Virus record (IMG/VR): IMGVR_UViG_3300022074_000005
Length of the DNA: 64,000 bases
Direction: 5' to 3' (one strand)
From: a virus
Below, one piece after another: positions 18,870 to 29,068 of this stretch. The translations under genes and the position numbers were made by a program. A model generated the notes under the pieces. The model did no database searches and was not told the origin of the DNA. It worked only from the letters and a program-made list of their open reading frames with translations. Each line of letters opens with the position of its first letter. Position 1 is the first letter of the stretch.

Positions 18870-20161
18870 TAGTTACCATCCACTTGATCTGTAAATTCTA
18901 GTTTTGCAGTTGATGAGTTATACACCAAAAATTTACCATTACCAAGTGACGATATATCGACATCATCTAAGTCAACTAACTTACCAGCACCACCGCCGCC
19001 AAGACTTGCAAGTTGACTTATCACGTTTTGTTTGAATGATCTAAACTCTTCTCTTAATGTTTCTAGAGCAGATTTTTCTTCTTGTTCATTTAATCCAGCT
19101 GCTCTTTGAGCATGAATATCTTTAGTCATCATACCAGCGATTTTAGATACAAAGTCTTCTTGCATTGCTGGTTGTTCAACTTCTTTGATAACAGGTTTTC
19201 TCCAAACCACTTTAGGTTTGTTATCTGCTGGGTTAAATTCTCTGTAAATAATTTTCTCTTGAACCTCTTTCATTACTTTAGGTTCAGTTGCTTCTGTTAA
19301 CGCATCTTCAAAACTGTCAAGTTTACTCATGAAACCTTTTAATACATCTAGTTTAGCATTTGTTGCTTCTAACTCTTCTTTGTATTTGTCTGATACTTTC
19401 TTAGTACCATCTGCTCTTGGTATCATTCCTTTTGCTTTTAAATGTGCTTTATCTGTAAATCCAGCTTTGCCTGCTTTAAATCTTTGCATTGCATCAGCAG
19501 TATTAGGAGCTTTCTCTTCAATATCTTCTTTCTTAGCTTTCTGCATTTCTTTAGTTTTTGCTTTCATCTTCTCGATGTATCTTCTATAGATTGCAGCTTC
19601 TGCTGTCTTACCAGCAACTTTTGCTCTTTGTTCCATAGCAATAGCAGCTTGTATTTTGTGTGCGTGTGTTTTACCAGAGTTTTCTATTTTCTTGACACTT
19701 GCATTTGCAGTTTCAGTATCTTTAAATCCTAAACCTTGTATAGTTCCTTTTGGATTTTCATCTGTATATAAATCTGAATGTGTTTTAGGGTCTTGACCTT
19801 CTCTTTTCTTAGGTATTCTTTTTTCTGCTTCTGTTAATATTCTATGCATATCATAAGTCAATACATATTTCTTAGTTTCTTCACCTGGGTCTTTAACAAT
19901 AACTTCTTCAATAGGTTGTTCTACTATAACCTCTTGAGTTTCTTTTACTTCACCAACTGTCCATTTAAATATTTTATGAGTAGGTTCTTTAATTACATTT
20001 TCTGCAATTGGTGTAGGTGTAAATAAATTAAAGAAAGAATTTAAAGAATTAGAAGATAATTTAGCTTCTTTATTTCTAAAGACTCTTTTTTCTTCTACTT
20101 CTTTTTTTTCTCTTAACTCTTTAGTATCTAAGTTAAAATATTTTTTTGATATACCTGACAT
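18869..20161 (-). CDS. Modular hypothetical virion protein
   Basis: HSDLYTDENPKGTI module; C-terminal GGGG..LVDLDDVD...LVYNS fibre-type motif. Confidence 0.6.
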   Translation of the reverse strand: MSGISKKYFNLDTKELREKKEVEEKRVFRNKEAKLSSNSLNSFFNLFTPTPIAENVIKEPTHKIFKWTVGEVKETQEVIVEQPIEEVIVKDPGEETKKYVLTYDMHRILTEAEKRIPKKREGQDPKTHSDLYTDENPKGTIQGLGFKDTETANASVKKIENSGKTHAHKIQAAIAMEQRAKVAGKTAEAAIYRRYIEKMKAKTKEMQKAKKEDIEEKAPNTADAMQRFKAGKAGFTDKAHLKAKGMIPRADGTKKVSDKYKEELEATNAKLDVLKGFMSKLDSFEDALTEATEPKVMKEVQEKIIYREFNPADNKPKVVWRKPVIKEVEQPAMQEDFVSKIAGMMTKDIHAQRAAGLNEQEEKSALETLREEFRSFKQNVISQLASLGGGGAGKLVDLDDVDISSLGNGKFLVYNSSTAKLEFTDQVDGN

Positions 20162-20164
20162 CTA

Positions 20165-22447
20165 TTAACCTTTCTTCAAAGACGTTACCGTTCTTCCTTT
20201 TTCCCAAAATTTACAAGACCAATACCTTGCCTTATATTTAGGACCAGGATTATCACAATTATGTCTTGCTCTAAAGCTCTTTCTTCTAGCAGGGTCGTCT
20301 CGCTTGATCTCCATATTAGGATCACCAAACTCTACTTTAACAACATTACCTTTATCATTCTTTACATATACTTTTGATTTTTTAACATCACCTTTTGTAG
20401 GTTTATTAAGTGTAACTTTTCTACCTTGATATTCAGCAGCTTCTTCTATTTCACCATAAAAATTTTGCTCTTTAAATGTTGCCCAAGGTGTCATTGATTG
20501 TTTGTCTTCTTTACAATCATCACAACAAGACGCACCAATTTTTTCTAACATAAGATCATGAGTTTCGTTTAGTTTCCACCACCAATCATCGTTATATTTT
20601 ACTTGATATGATGCTCTAGTTTCTGTAGATTCAAACCAAGATTGAATAGTTTCCTCACTAGCATTTTTTGCTCTTTGCAGTTGTGCTGGTGTAGGTGCTC
20701 CCTTTTCACCTTTCTTTCTCATCTTCTCACCAGAACCTTGTTTAATTCTTTGTCTTTTCTTATGAATGTTTGCCCATAGACTTTCATCTTTTACATCTTG
20801 ACCTGGTGTGTCTTTTTTATATCTTTGAGTAAGTCTATCGCTAGGATATTCTATTGCTTCTTTTTTAGAACCTCTTGCTTTTGCAGCTAAGTCTTTATCT
20901 GCACCACCCCATGTTCCTTTTGATTTTGTAACGAAAGAGTTAACTCTAGCAAATGCCCACTGTTGTGGTGTAGTACCTGGTCTATGACCTGTACGCCATG
21001 CAGCCATACCTCTGTTATAAACTTGTTTTAATATTGAATAAGGGATACCTGATTTATCTGCCTTCTTAACTAATCCCTCTATCTTTTCGTTAAGAACACT
21101 ATCGAAACTTATCGGCATATTTTCTCCAAACATTTTTTTGTATTTTTGAGTGTGTTTACTAGGTATTGTTTTTCCCTTTGCATCACCAGGTGCTGGTTTA
21201 TATGCAGCTGGATTATCATCATCCATTTTTGCACCTTTTCTAAAGTGCGCTGCCCTAGCATCTTTTGTTTTCTTTTTAACACCAGAGTAGTACTTTGCAG
21301 GTTGTGTGCCTGGGTCATCTTTAACATCTTTATCTTGTTTTACTCTGTCTAATTTATTTTCTTTTTTTAATTTATCAAGCATGTTGTAATATTTAATTAT
21401 TTCTTTGTTTCTAATATGTCTTAATGCTTTTTCAACACCAACTTTTCTAGAAACTAAATCTTTTACTATTCTTTTATCTTTTGACGATAGTTTTTTATAT
21501 CTTAAAGCTTGATCTTTACTTACGTTACCCAAATCTCTATCATTAACTGTAGGATTAAAAGCACTAACACCTGCTCTTAGATTTAAATCAGCTTGTGGTC
21601 TATATAATCCATATCCTTGAGCTCTCCCACCATGTGCATATTCATTAATATCATGTAACCATACTCTATGAATTTTATTATCTACTTCCATTGATACATA
21701 GTTTGTACCTCTTTGAACAATAGGACCTGTCATATCTTTTGCTTCGATTATATCACCTATGTTCCAAATCTTACCTGTTAGATATGCGTCTCTTTTTGCA
21801 TCGTAAGTATCTAATTCAGAAATATCTTTTTCTTCTCTTATACCCATGTTTTTTCTAACATCTCTATATAATTGTTTGCCATCTCTAAATCCTTTTGGCA
21901 CTCCGTCTAAGAAAGCGTTGACATTACCATCTGAAGCAGCTTGTCTCATTTTACTTGCTGACATACCTGATACACCTTCAGCATCTGGGTCTCTATCACC
22001 AGCAGATACAACTTTGATATTGTCAAACTTGTACATACCATGTCTTGCTTTTATACCATTATATTTTTTTAATAATGTTTCAAATTCTTTTACTCTATCT
22101 GAACCTACAACCATAGTTACATCTCTGTAACCAGCATTGTATAAAGATGTTGCAACATCTATAGCAGTTTTTGGATTTTTATCTACTGCAATACTTCTTT
22201 TATGTTTAGGAAACATCTTTCTCATGTATGCTAATTTTTTAGCATATGGAAGAGGGTCTTTCTTTTGATTTTGTGATTGTGATGGGTAGATACGATAATC
22301 GTCACTACCTGCAACTGATTTAACTTTATCAATTAATTTTTCGTGACCTGTAGTTGGTGGATTAAAACGACCGAAAGTAAATACAACTTTCTTTTCTGTA
22401 AGAGGGGCTGCTTCGTAAACTGAAAATTTTGTTATATTATTTTTCAC
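20165..22447 (-). CDS. Cytidylyltransferase/NMNAT-like nucleotidyltransferase fused to extra modules
   Basis: FTFGRFNPPTTGH (HIGH-like), VGSDR, MSASKMR; C-terminal modules resembling DUF5824 and DUF6321. Confidence 0.75.
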   Translation of the reverse strand: MKNNITKFSVYEAAPLTEKKVVFTFGRFNPPTTGHEKLIDKVKSVAGSDDYRIYPSQSQNQKKDPLPYAKKLAYMRKMFPKHKRSIAVDKNPKTAIDVATSLYNAGYRDVTMVVGSDRVKEFETLLKKYNGIKARHGMYKFDNIKVVSAGDRDPDAEGVSGMSASKMRQAASDGNVNAFLDGVPKGFRDGKQLYRDVRKNMGIREEKDISELDTYDAKRDAYLTGKIWNIGDIIEAKDMTGPIVQRGTNYVSMEVDNKIHRVWLHDINEYAHGGRAQGYGLYRPQADLNLRAGVSAFNPTVNDRDLGNVSKDQALRYKKLSSKDKRIVKDLVSRKVGVEKALRHIRNKEIIKYYNMLDKLKKENKLDRVKQDKDVKDDPGTQPAKYYSGVKKKTKDARAAHFRKGAKMDDDNPAAYKPAPGDAKGKTIPSKHTQKYKKMFGENMPISFDSVLNEKIEGLVKKADKSGIPYSILKQVYNRGMAAWRTGHRPGTTPQQWAFARVNSFVTKSKGTWGGADKDLAAKARGSKKEAIEYPSDRLTQRYKKDTPGQDVKDESLWANIHKKRQRIKQGSGEKMRKKGEKGAPTPAQLQRAKNASEETIQSWFESTETRASYQVKYNDDWWWKLNETHDLMLEKIGASCCDDCKEDKQSMTPWATFKEQNFYGEIEEAAEYQGRKVTLNKPTKGDVKKSKVYVKNDKGNVVKVEFGDPNMEIKRDDPARRKSFRARHNCDNPGPKYKARYWSCKFWEKGRTVTSLKKG

Positions 22448-22901
22448 TTTGTTTCGCCTGTCTTGCAGCTCTAGCTGCTTTTACTTTTTCTATCTCACCT
22501 TTTTTAACTTTAATCTTCATACGTTGAGCAATCTTATTGATAGCAGGACCATACTTGGCAGCTATTCTTTGATCAACTTTCATTTTCATTTGAGGGGATA
22601 ACTTATCATAATTTTTAAAGAACTTATTAATTATGATTCTTTTAGCAGCTTTTTTTGCTTTTACAGCTTGTTTTTCTGGCGAAGCAATCTTTAATTTTGA
22701 TCGTTCTTTTTTCTTTTGGAATGCTGAGGACTTAGCTAAACGTGCCATACGTCTACCGATTTTACGTCTTTGTGCTACGTTAATTACACGTAACTCTTCT
22801 ATATTCTTAGCTAATTGTTCGAAACTTAATTTTGACATATTATCATTTATCCCATGTTTTAATCGCTGTGAAGTTATTAAAAGAAAACTCCATACGATCA
22901 A
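22437..22901 (-). CDS. Basic hypothetical protein
   Basis: Very K/R-rich; true start probably MSKLSFEQL. Confidence 0.6.
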   Translation of the reverse strand: MIVWSFLLITSQRLKHGINDNMSKLSFEQLAKNIEELRVINVAQRRKIGRRMARLAKSSAFQKKKERSKLKIASPEKQAVKAKKAAKRIIINKFFKNYDKLSPQMKMKVDQRIAAKYGPAINKIAQRMKIKVKKGEIEKVKAARAARQAKQSEK

Positions 22902-24075
22902 CTAATTTAACAGCATTGCCTGATACTCTATCTATTGCTACATAACCCTCTGGGTTAACCACTTTATATCCATTATTAGTACGTATAAACGTATTAGTCA
23001 ATTGCTTAACACTATTTAGTTTTTTAACTATCTGCATTTTTGCATCTATAAGTAAATTTTGAAATGTAACGACTTGTTCTAAATTACGTACATGTTTCTT
23101 TATTTCTCTAGTATATTCCTTTTGAATATTCTCATATTTTGCCTTACCCTTAGGGGTTTTTAACTTATCTACTTGTTTTTGCAAGACTTTTTCAACAAAA
23201 TCCCCATATCCTTTTGCATATTTACTAGGATTTTTAACAGGTTCACCTACTCTTACTTTACTATTATAGTATGTTTTATATGATGCTCCAACTAATTGAC
23301 CTGTCATAGATGATTGTAAATCTAAGAACTTCTTTAACATAGGGGCATTAATTCTTTGAAATGTTTTACCTGTCTCTGATAATATCTTTGTAATTGCATC
23401 TGTTTCAGACTTATTAAACGTTGCATTACCAGATACATCTTTATATGTAGCATCATCCATCCAAACCGATGATGTATTTGTAAGTTTTTTTATGTCTGCA
23501 CCAAAAGATGCTTTCATACTAGGTAAGTCTTTTCCTTTATATGTTGTATGCCAAACTACTCCGATCTTTGCTTTGTTTATTGTCTTTGCAAAGTCAGAAT
23601 CAGTAGGAACAGCATAAACAATAGTGTTGGGTTGAAATGTGATATATGAAACACCATCGATTTTAGTTTTACCGATATCATTTGTAAACATGAGATCACC
23701 TTGAAGTACACCTTTAATGTTAAGTTTTGAAAACTCTTTAAGAGCAATTTTAAATTTTGAATTAAGCTGACCAGATAAGTCATTGTCAATCTCCTTGTTA
23801 GTTTTGTATAATTTTGGATTTACATTAAATACTGATTTCTTTGCAACAAAGAACTTACCATCGCTTGGGTCTACACCTGCAAAGATAGCTGGAGCACCAT
23901 CCCATTTAACAGTCATATTAACAGACGATCTACTTGCACCTGCTAACATATCTCTTAAACTTCTTAAAAAGTTTATAGCTGCTCTTCCACCTGGCACACC
24001 ATGATTGATAATCTCATCTTCAATATGTTCCATGTGAAGATTTTTACCAGCTTGTTCTTGTATAAAACTAAGCAT
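22843..24075 (-). CDS. DUF6267-like protein with ATP-dependent ligase motifs
   Basis: KNLHMEHIED, TVKWDGAP, QGDLMF, PEGYVA, VKLVDR. Confidence 0.7.
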   Translation of the reverse strand: MLSFIQEQAGKNLHMEHIEDEIINHGVPGGRAAINFLRSLRDMLAGASRSSVNMTVKWDGAPAIFAGVDPSDGKFFVAKKSVFNVNPKLYKTNKEIDNDLSGQLNSKFKIALKEFSKLNIKGVLQGDLMFTNDIGKTKIDGVSYITFQPNTIVYAVPTDSDFAKTINKAKIGVVWHTTYKGKDLPSMKASFGADIKKLTNTSSVWMDDATYKDVSGNATFNKSETDAITKILSETGKTFQRINAPMLKKFLDLQSSMTGQLVGASYKTYYNSKVRVGEPVKNPSKYAKGYGDFVEKVLQKQVDKLKTPKGKAKYENIQKEYTREIKKHVRNLEQVVTFQNLLIDAKMQIVKKLNSVKQLTNTFIRTNNGYKVVNPEGYVAIDRVSGNAVKLVDRMEFSFNNFTAIKTWDK

Positions 24076-24332
24076 TATTCACCACCTCCACCGTTTCCAC
24101 CATTGCCACCGCCATTTCCATTTCCACCATTTCCGTTTCCGTTTCCATTTCCATTGCCGTTACCATTTCCATTTGCAGGTGTTTCATCACCTCCATTTGT
24201 ATTTTTTGGAACACCAATAATATATCTTCCTTTATATCTTATTGTCTTTGGTACGCATTGTTTTAATTTTTTATCGTACTTCATGCCTGGTGGACATTTG
24301 TTATCGTTCATTAAATCTTTATATGTTTTCAT
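24075..24332 (-). CDS. Small protein with Gly-Asn repeat tail
   Basis: MKTYKDL...CPPGMKYDKKLKQCVP...(NG)n. Confidence 0.65.
   Translation of the reverse strand: MKTYKDLMNDNKCPPGMKYDKKLKQCVPKTIRYKGRYIIGVPKNTNGGDETPANGNGNGNGNGNGNGNGGNGNGGGNGGNGGGGE
24080..24175. repeat. Coding low-complexity repeat (ccattt/ccgttt)n encoding Gly-Asn
   Basis: Degenerate hexamer repeats visible in the sequence. Confidence 0.8.
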
Positions 24333-25684
24333 TATTTTGTTGCCAATGAGTTATATTTTACTGCAAGAGAATGTTGTCCTAATTTTTTTACACCTGCATG
24401 ACCTGATTTATTTGTTCTAATAGACATCTTCATAACCAAACTATCTGAACCAGACTTTAATTCTATTTCCCAATTTTGCTTTGAAGTTCTACTAGGGTAT
24501 GCTTTTACGAAATCTACTTGTGGTATAAATACCCCCAAAGCATCCTTTTCAGTTATTTCTGAATAACCTTTACCAGCTGCTTTAATAACCAATGTAGGAA
24601 CATCTGGTGCATCTCTTAAAACTTCTTTCTTAATATACTCTAAAGTATTTTTTCTATCTGCGTTAAAAAGTTTAATAATTTCTTGTCTCATTATCTCAAG
24701 ATATACATTGTAAAGTTCCTCGTATCTCTTGTTATTCTTTTTATCAAAGTCTCTTAAAACTTGCGATGTTTTTCTATCTTTCTGAAATCTATTTGCTGGT
24801 GGCATACCTGGAATCTTACCATGTGCGTCTTTATGTACTTTGGTATAAATTCTTCTTAACTTATTTCCTTGTCTAAATGCGTTGAATACAGTATTAACAT
24901 AAGTGTTTAGTTTAGGTTCAGTAGTTTTCTTACCACCTGCTTTTAAACTAACTCCTAATATTGATTTGTCAAAGTAAGTTAAAAATATGTCACCTGGGTG
25001 TCCACCTGGTACACCTGCAGGTTTAGATTTAGTTGTCGGTCCCCACCTAGTCTCGACTATTTTCTTATCTTTGTTTTGATCTAGAATAAATTTATTAATT
25101 GCAATAGCATTGTTCATCTTATCTTCAAACTTTGATGAAGTATCTGCTCTGTTGATTATCTCTTGAGCTTTTTCCACGTCACCTGGTATGACACATTTAA
25201 GTTTTTTAAGATCAACATCTATTAAATACTCATGAAAAGATTTAGCATCTTTTGGTTTGTATTTGTTCTCAAATGCTATACATGGAAACAGTTCAGTTAT
25301 AGAAGCATTTAAAGTTGTCTCACCCATTCCACCTGATTCTGGTTTAACAAATATTCTAAAATCTCTATCTTCAAACTTACCATCGATAGGGTCTACACTA
25401 GATTGTGAGTCTCCTAGTTTTGCATTTACACCAGCTTGTCTTAAATTTCTTAATATTTCGTCTCGATCTGTTTCTCTGTCTGGTGAACGTACAATTATGA
25501 CATCTCTTTTAGATGAAGAGAGTTTACTAGATTTTGAATAGGATAATCCTCTAAAAATGTCAATAGGAAGATTCATAGCATCCTCTTGAATGAGGTTTGA
25601 TATTCTTTCAAGATGATCTACTTTATATTCTGGTCTGTCTTTTACTTGTTTTATGTACTTGCTGATTGACATCAATCTCTCCAT
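24332..25684 (-). CDS. Hypothetical protein, possible PD-(D/E)xK nuclease
   Basis: TELFPC...HPGDIF...GVSLK. Confidence 0.55.
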   Translation of the reverse strand: MERLMSISKYIKQVKDRPEYKVDHLERISNLIQEDAMNLPIDIFRGLSYSKSSKLSSSKRDVIIVRSPDRETDRDEILRNLRQAGVNAKLGDSQSSVDPIDGKFEDRDFRIFVKPESGGMGETTLNASITELFPCIAFENKYKPKDAKSFHEYLIDVDLKKLKCVIPGDVEKAQEIINRADTSSKFEDKMNNAIAINKFILDQNKDKKIVETRWGPTTKSKPAGVPGGHPGDIFLTYFDKSILGVSLKAGGKKTTEPKLNTYVNTVFNAFRQGNKLRRIYTKVHKDAHGKIPGMPPANRFQKDRKTSQVLRDFDKKNNKRYEELYNVYLEIMRQEIIKLFNADRKNTLEYIKKEVLRDAPDVPTLVIKAAGKGYSEITEKDALGVFIPQVDFVKAYPSRTSKQNWEIELKSGSDSLVMKMSIRTNKSGHAGVKKLGQHSLAVKYNSLATK

Positions 25685-25699
25685 TTATACAATAACAAG

Positions 25700-25707
25700 T
25701 ATTTATT
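25700..25707 (-). promoter_or_regulatory. Late promoter variant AATAAATA
   Basis: Heads the virion/internal-protein block. Confidence 0.55.
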
Positions 25708-25951
25708 CGTCAAAAGGTCTTAGAAATTTAGGGAAATCAAACGTTCCAAACGTGCAATTTTTGTTTTGAAACTTACACCAACCCTCTGCGTCTTCTTTAA
25801 ATTCAAACCTATGCACAATTTGGTCATACTTAGTATCGTAACAAAGATAGGGTTTTTTGCCACCCATGTGACTAATATCTACTTTGAACCTACCTTTTTG
25901 TTCAATATTCCTATGTTTCTTTTTATACCTTGAGTTTTTGAAATTTTTCAT
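25703..25951 (-). CDS. Hypothetical protein
   Basis: 82 aa, follows gp41. Confidence 0.6.
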   Translation of the reverse strand: MKNFKNSRYKKKHRNIEQKGRFKVDISHMGGKKPYLCYDTKYDQIVHRFEFKEDAEGWCKFQNKNCTFGTFDFPKFLRPFDE

Positions 25952-27320
25952 ATCTTGACCCTATTGTTGATTTATCGAATAATGGTGTATCGTCTTCTAT
26001 TTGATTTTTATCTACTATATCATCTTGAGCTTTCATTTCTACATCATATAGTTTCATTTTTGCTCGGTCTACTCCAAGCACAAATCTTTTATTACTTGTT
26101 GGGTCATTGTATCTGTTTTTTAATTGTTTAACAGCTATCTGATTTAATTCCTCTAACTCATCCGTTGAGATAAGCGCAAACATAAAGTCTGCTGTTGCTG
26201 GTAGTCCAAATGATTCGGATGTATCTTCTAATCCTATATCAGTTGAAACAAAACCACTTCTCGTTGTTTGTGTTGCTGTGACTATTGGTAAATTGTTTTC
26301 TACTGCTAGTCCTCTTAATTCCTCTGCGATTGCTTTTATTATTGTGTAAGAATTGATATTACTTCCACCTCTAAATCTAGATGAAGCACATATATTAAGA
26401 TAATCTACAAATATTATATCTGGTTTAAATGATTTCTTAATTGCTAATTCTTGTATTAATTGTCTAAAATGATTTGTATGTGCTGATGCTGTTGGATATT
26501 CTTTTATAATTAAAGTACCATCTGCTCTTTTTTTAACTTTTTCAATCTTATCTTGATACATTGTTTTAGGTAGATCATGTAAATCATCTATACTAATGTT
26601 CATTAAGTTAGCATCTATTCTTTCTGCGATACGTTCCTCTGCCATTTCTAAAGTAATATAAAGTACATTCTTACCTTGACTTAAACAATTAGAAGCCATG
26701 TGGCACATAAACAAAGACTTACCTACACCTGTGCCAGCAAGTGCAACGTTTAAAGTCTTTTGTGGTAATCCACCTTTTGTAATTTTATTAAAAAACTCTA
26801 AATCAAAAGGTATTCTTTCCTCTACTTGATGATAGTAATCAAATCTAGTATCTGAGTCTTTTAAATAATCATGTCCTACTCTATTATCAAATGAAACTGC
26901 TAGTGCGTCTGTAAGTAAACTTGGTAATGCATCTGGTTTACGATTATTGTCTCTGCCTTCAATGATTGATATTCCGTCAACGATTGCATTATATATTGCT
27001 TTTTCTTTACACCAATTTTCTGTAGTATCAGATAACCAATCTACATTAACATCTTCTTTTTCAAATAATGATACTGTTTCTCTTATCTCTTTAAACTGAG
27101 CTTCGTTTAAATCTTTCCTATTATCTATCTCAATTTGAATTGAAGTAGTTGTAGGTGTCTTATTATATTTTTGTATAAACTTTAATATCTCATGGAAAAT
27201 TACTTTATCATTTTTATCTGTAAAGTAATCTTCTTTGATAAACGGTATTACTTTTCTAGAGTAATCCTCGTTCCAAATCAGATGAGAGAGTATCGTCTTT
27301 TCTATTGTTTTGTTCATCAA
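25923..27320 (-). CDS. gp41: Replicative DNA helicase (T4 gp41)
   Basis: AGTGVGKS, ITLEMAE, FVDYLN, ATQTTR, QLKNRY. Confidence 0.97.
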   Translation of the reverse strand: MMNKTIEKTILSHLIWNEDYSRKVIPFIKEDYFTDKNDKVIFHEILKFIQKYNKTPTTTSIQIEIDNRKDLNEAQFKEIRETVSLFEKEDVNVDWLSDTTENWCKEKAIYNAIVDGISIIEGRDNNRKPDALPSLLTDALAVSFDNRVGHDYLKDSDTRFDYYHQVEERIPFDLEFFNKITKGGLPQKTLNVALAGTGVGKSLFMCHMASNCLSQGKNVLYITLEMAEERIAERIDANLMNISIDDLHDLPKTMYQDKIEKVKKRADGTLIIKEYPTASAHTNHFRQLIQELAIKKSFKPDIIFVDYLNICASSRFRGGSNINSYTIIKAIAEELRGLAVENNLPIVTATQTTRSGFVSTDIGLEDTSESFGLPATADFMFALISTDELEELNQIAVKQLKNRYNDPTSNKRFVLGVDRAKMKLYDVEMKAQDDIVDKNQIEDDTPLFDKSTIGSRYEKFQKLKV

Positions 27321-27576
27321 TTAATTCCACTAATATATCACCAATATAATTAAAAAATTCATCACCGAAAACATCTCTAGGTAAACCATTGTTTTCTAGA
27401 ATATCAAACTCAAACTGCATTGTTAGTTTGCCATCTTTTTCTATTGGTGTTACTTTTCCATATTTGTATATTACACCAGCATACTTACCTTCGTTTATTC
27501 CTATACAAGTTTGATTAGGATACTTTGCTGATTGTATATAACTATACCGCTTCTTTGGTTTCTTCTTGTCCGCCAT
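27256..27576 (-). CDS. gp40: Head vertex assembly chaperone-like (gp40 position)
   Basis: Syntenic between uvsX and gp41; Y.GV.Y.YG.V...F.....GDIL. Confidence 0.55.
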   Translation of the reverse strand: MADKKKPKKRYSYIQSAKYPNQTCIGINEGKYAGVIYKYGKVTPIEKDGKLTMQFEFDILENNGLPRDVFGDEFFNYIGDILVELIDEQNNRKDDTLSSDLERGLL

Positions 27577-28588
27577 ATGAAAATTCCTTTTTAGCTGCTA
27601 TTTCTAATTTATCCAGCACTTCTTTAGTAAAGTAAGTCTCTGGGTTATCGTTAATAGATTTACCAAATACTTTTTTGCCATCTGGTAGTTCATATTTTGT
27701 AGATACCTTTTTAAAGATATCATACTTTTCAGCGAGTGGTAATAGACCATAATACTTGTCGAGTCCTTTTGAGTACATAAGTCTAACGTCCACTATTGAA
27801 TTTTCTTTTGTTAATCGTGATTTGTGATTTTTACAATGAATAATATTACCAACAACATCTGTACCTACTTTTTCTTTTCTTTTTGATAAGAATACAATAG
27901 AAGAAGCTGCATATTTTAGTCCACTTCCACCACCCATTTCTTTAGTAGGAAACATACTACCCATTGAGTCATATGTATGATTGGTTACAACCATTGGAAC
28001 TTTTGCTTTACCAAGTTTCAATGTTAATACTCTGAATGCAGCTTTTAAAACTTGAGCTCTTGTCATGTCTCTAGTTTCTTTACCTTCAGCTGTATCTTCT
28101 ACTTCTTTTGTAGTTGATAGCATTCCAAGTGAATCAAGACATATAAACATTGGTCTTTTTACAGTAACATCTTGTTGCATATATCTATCTAATATTTTAA
28201 GTGATTGTGTTCTAAATTCTTGTACAGTTGTCACAGGTACAACAACCATTCTTTCTGCATCGATACCTCTATCAACAATCATTTTTTTAGTTATTGCTGA
28301 TTCTGATTCAAAGTAAACAACACCACCATCTGGGTTTGCATCTAAGAAATGTTTAACAATTCCCATAAGGAAAAATGTTTTACCTGTAGCAGATTCACCT
28401 GCTAGTGCGGTAATTTTGTTTTGAGGAAGTCCACCATAAAGTGAACCTGAAAGAAGAGCATTAAAAATATATGAACCTGTATCAATAAAATCTGTTACAT
28501 CACCACTTTCAATACCAGCATCAGCTAGTGTTGCATATTCATTACCTGTTGTCTTAATTATCTCTTTTAAAAAATCACTACCTGACAT
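27542..28588 (-). CDS. uvsX: RecA-like recombinase UvsX
   Basis: [29 protein letters not shown]. Confidence 0.95.
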   Translation of the reverse strand: MSGSDFLKEIIKTTGNEYATLADAGIESGDVTDFIDTGSYIFNALLSGSLYGGLPQNKITALAGESATGKTFFLMGIVKHFLDANPDGGVVYFESESAITKKMIVDRGIDAERMVVVPVTTVQEFRTQSLKILDRYMQQDVTVKRPMFICLDSLGMLSTTKEVEDTAEGKETRDMTRAQVLKAAFRVLTLKLGKAKVPMVVTNHTYDSMGSMFPTKEMGGGSGLKYAASSIVFLSKRKEKVGTDVVGNIIHCKNHKSRLTKENSIVDVRLMYSKGLDKYYGLLPLAEKYDIFKKVSTKYELPDGKKVFGKSINDNPETYFTKEVLDKLEIAAKKEFSYGGQEETKEAV

Positions 28589-28589
28589 A

Positions 28590-28814
28590 TTAACTCCTTA
28601 TATATTTAGTACACATTTTATCTAGTGCGTAAAACCATACACCATTTATTGTTGGTTCTACTAATGCAACAACACCTGCCTCAAATAAACTGGCACCTGT
28701 TACAATACTTACTACTGACATTGCTATTATTACATGACCACAAGTATAAATCAATGCCCTACCCATACTTGTACTACCTATTGTTTTAAATATGCCTTGA
28801 GTAAATTCTGTCAT
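28590..28814 (-). CDS. DUF2061-like membrane protein
   Basis: [10 protein letters not shown]...TG...AG..ALVEP..N.VWFY..D. Confidence 0.65.
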   Translation of the reverse strand: MTEFTQGIFKTIGSTSMGRALIYTCGHVIIAMSVVSIVTGASLFEAGVVALVEPTINGVWFYALDKMCTKYIRS

Positions 28815-29068
28815 TATATATCCGTCCTTACGATATGTTTTCTCAAAGCTCTTACCAACTCTTCTATTTTATCTATTACAGATATCATATCTTTATCTGT
28901 AATATACTTTTGTTTTTCTCTTAACTTATCATATTCTTTTAATGATATCTGCACCATAGGACTAGGTGCTGGCGCTTCGTTTTCCATACTGGCGTCAAGA
29001 GCTCTTTGTTTTTCTTCACTATCTGTCATTTTATTGCTATCGCTCCTATAAACATAAAGTTTCGCCAA
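28814..29068 (-). CDS. Hypothetical protein
   Basis: True start probably MTDSEE; coiled coil. Confidence 0.55.
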   Translation of the reverse strand: MAKLYVYRSDSNKMTDSEEKQRALDASMENEAPAPSPMVQISLKEYDKLREKQKYITDKDMISVIDKIEELVRALRKHIVRTDI

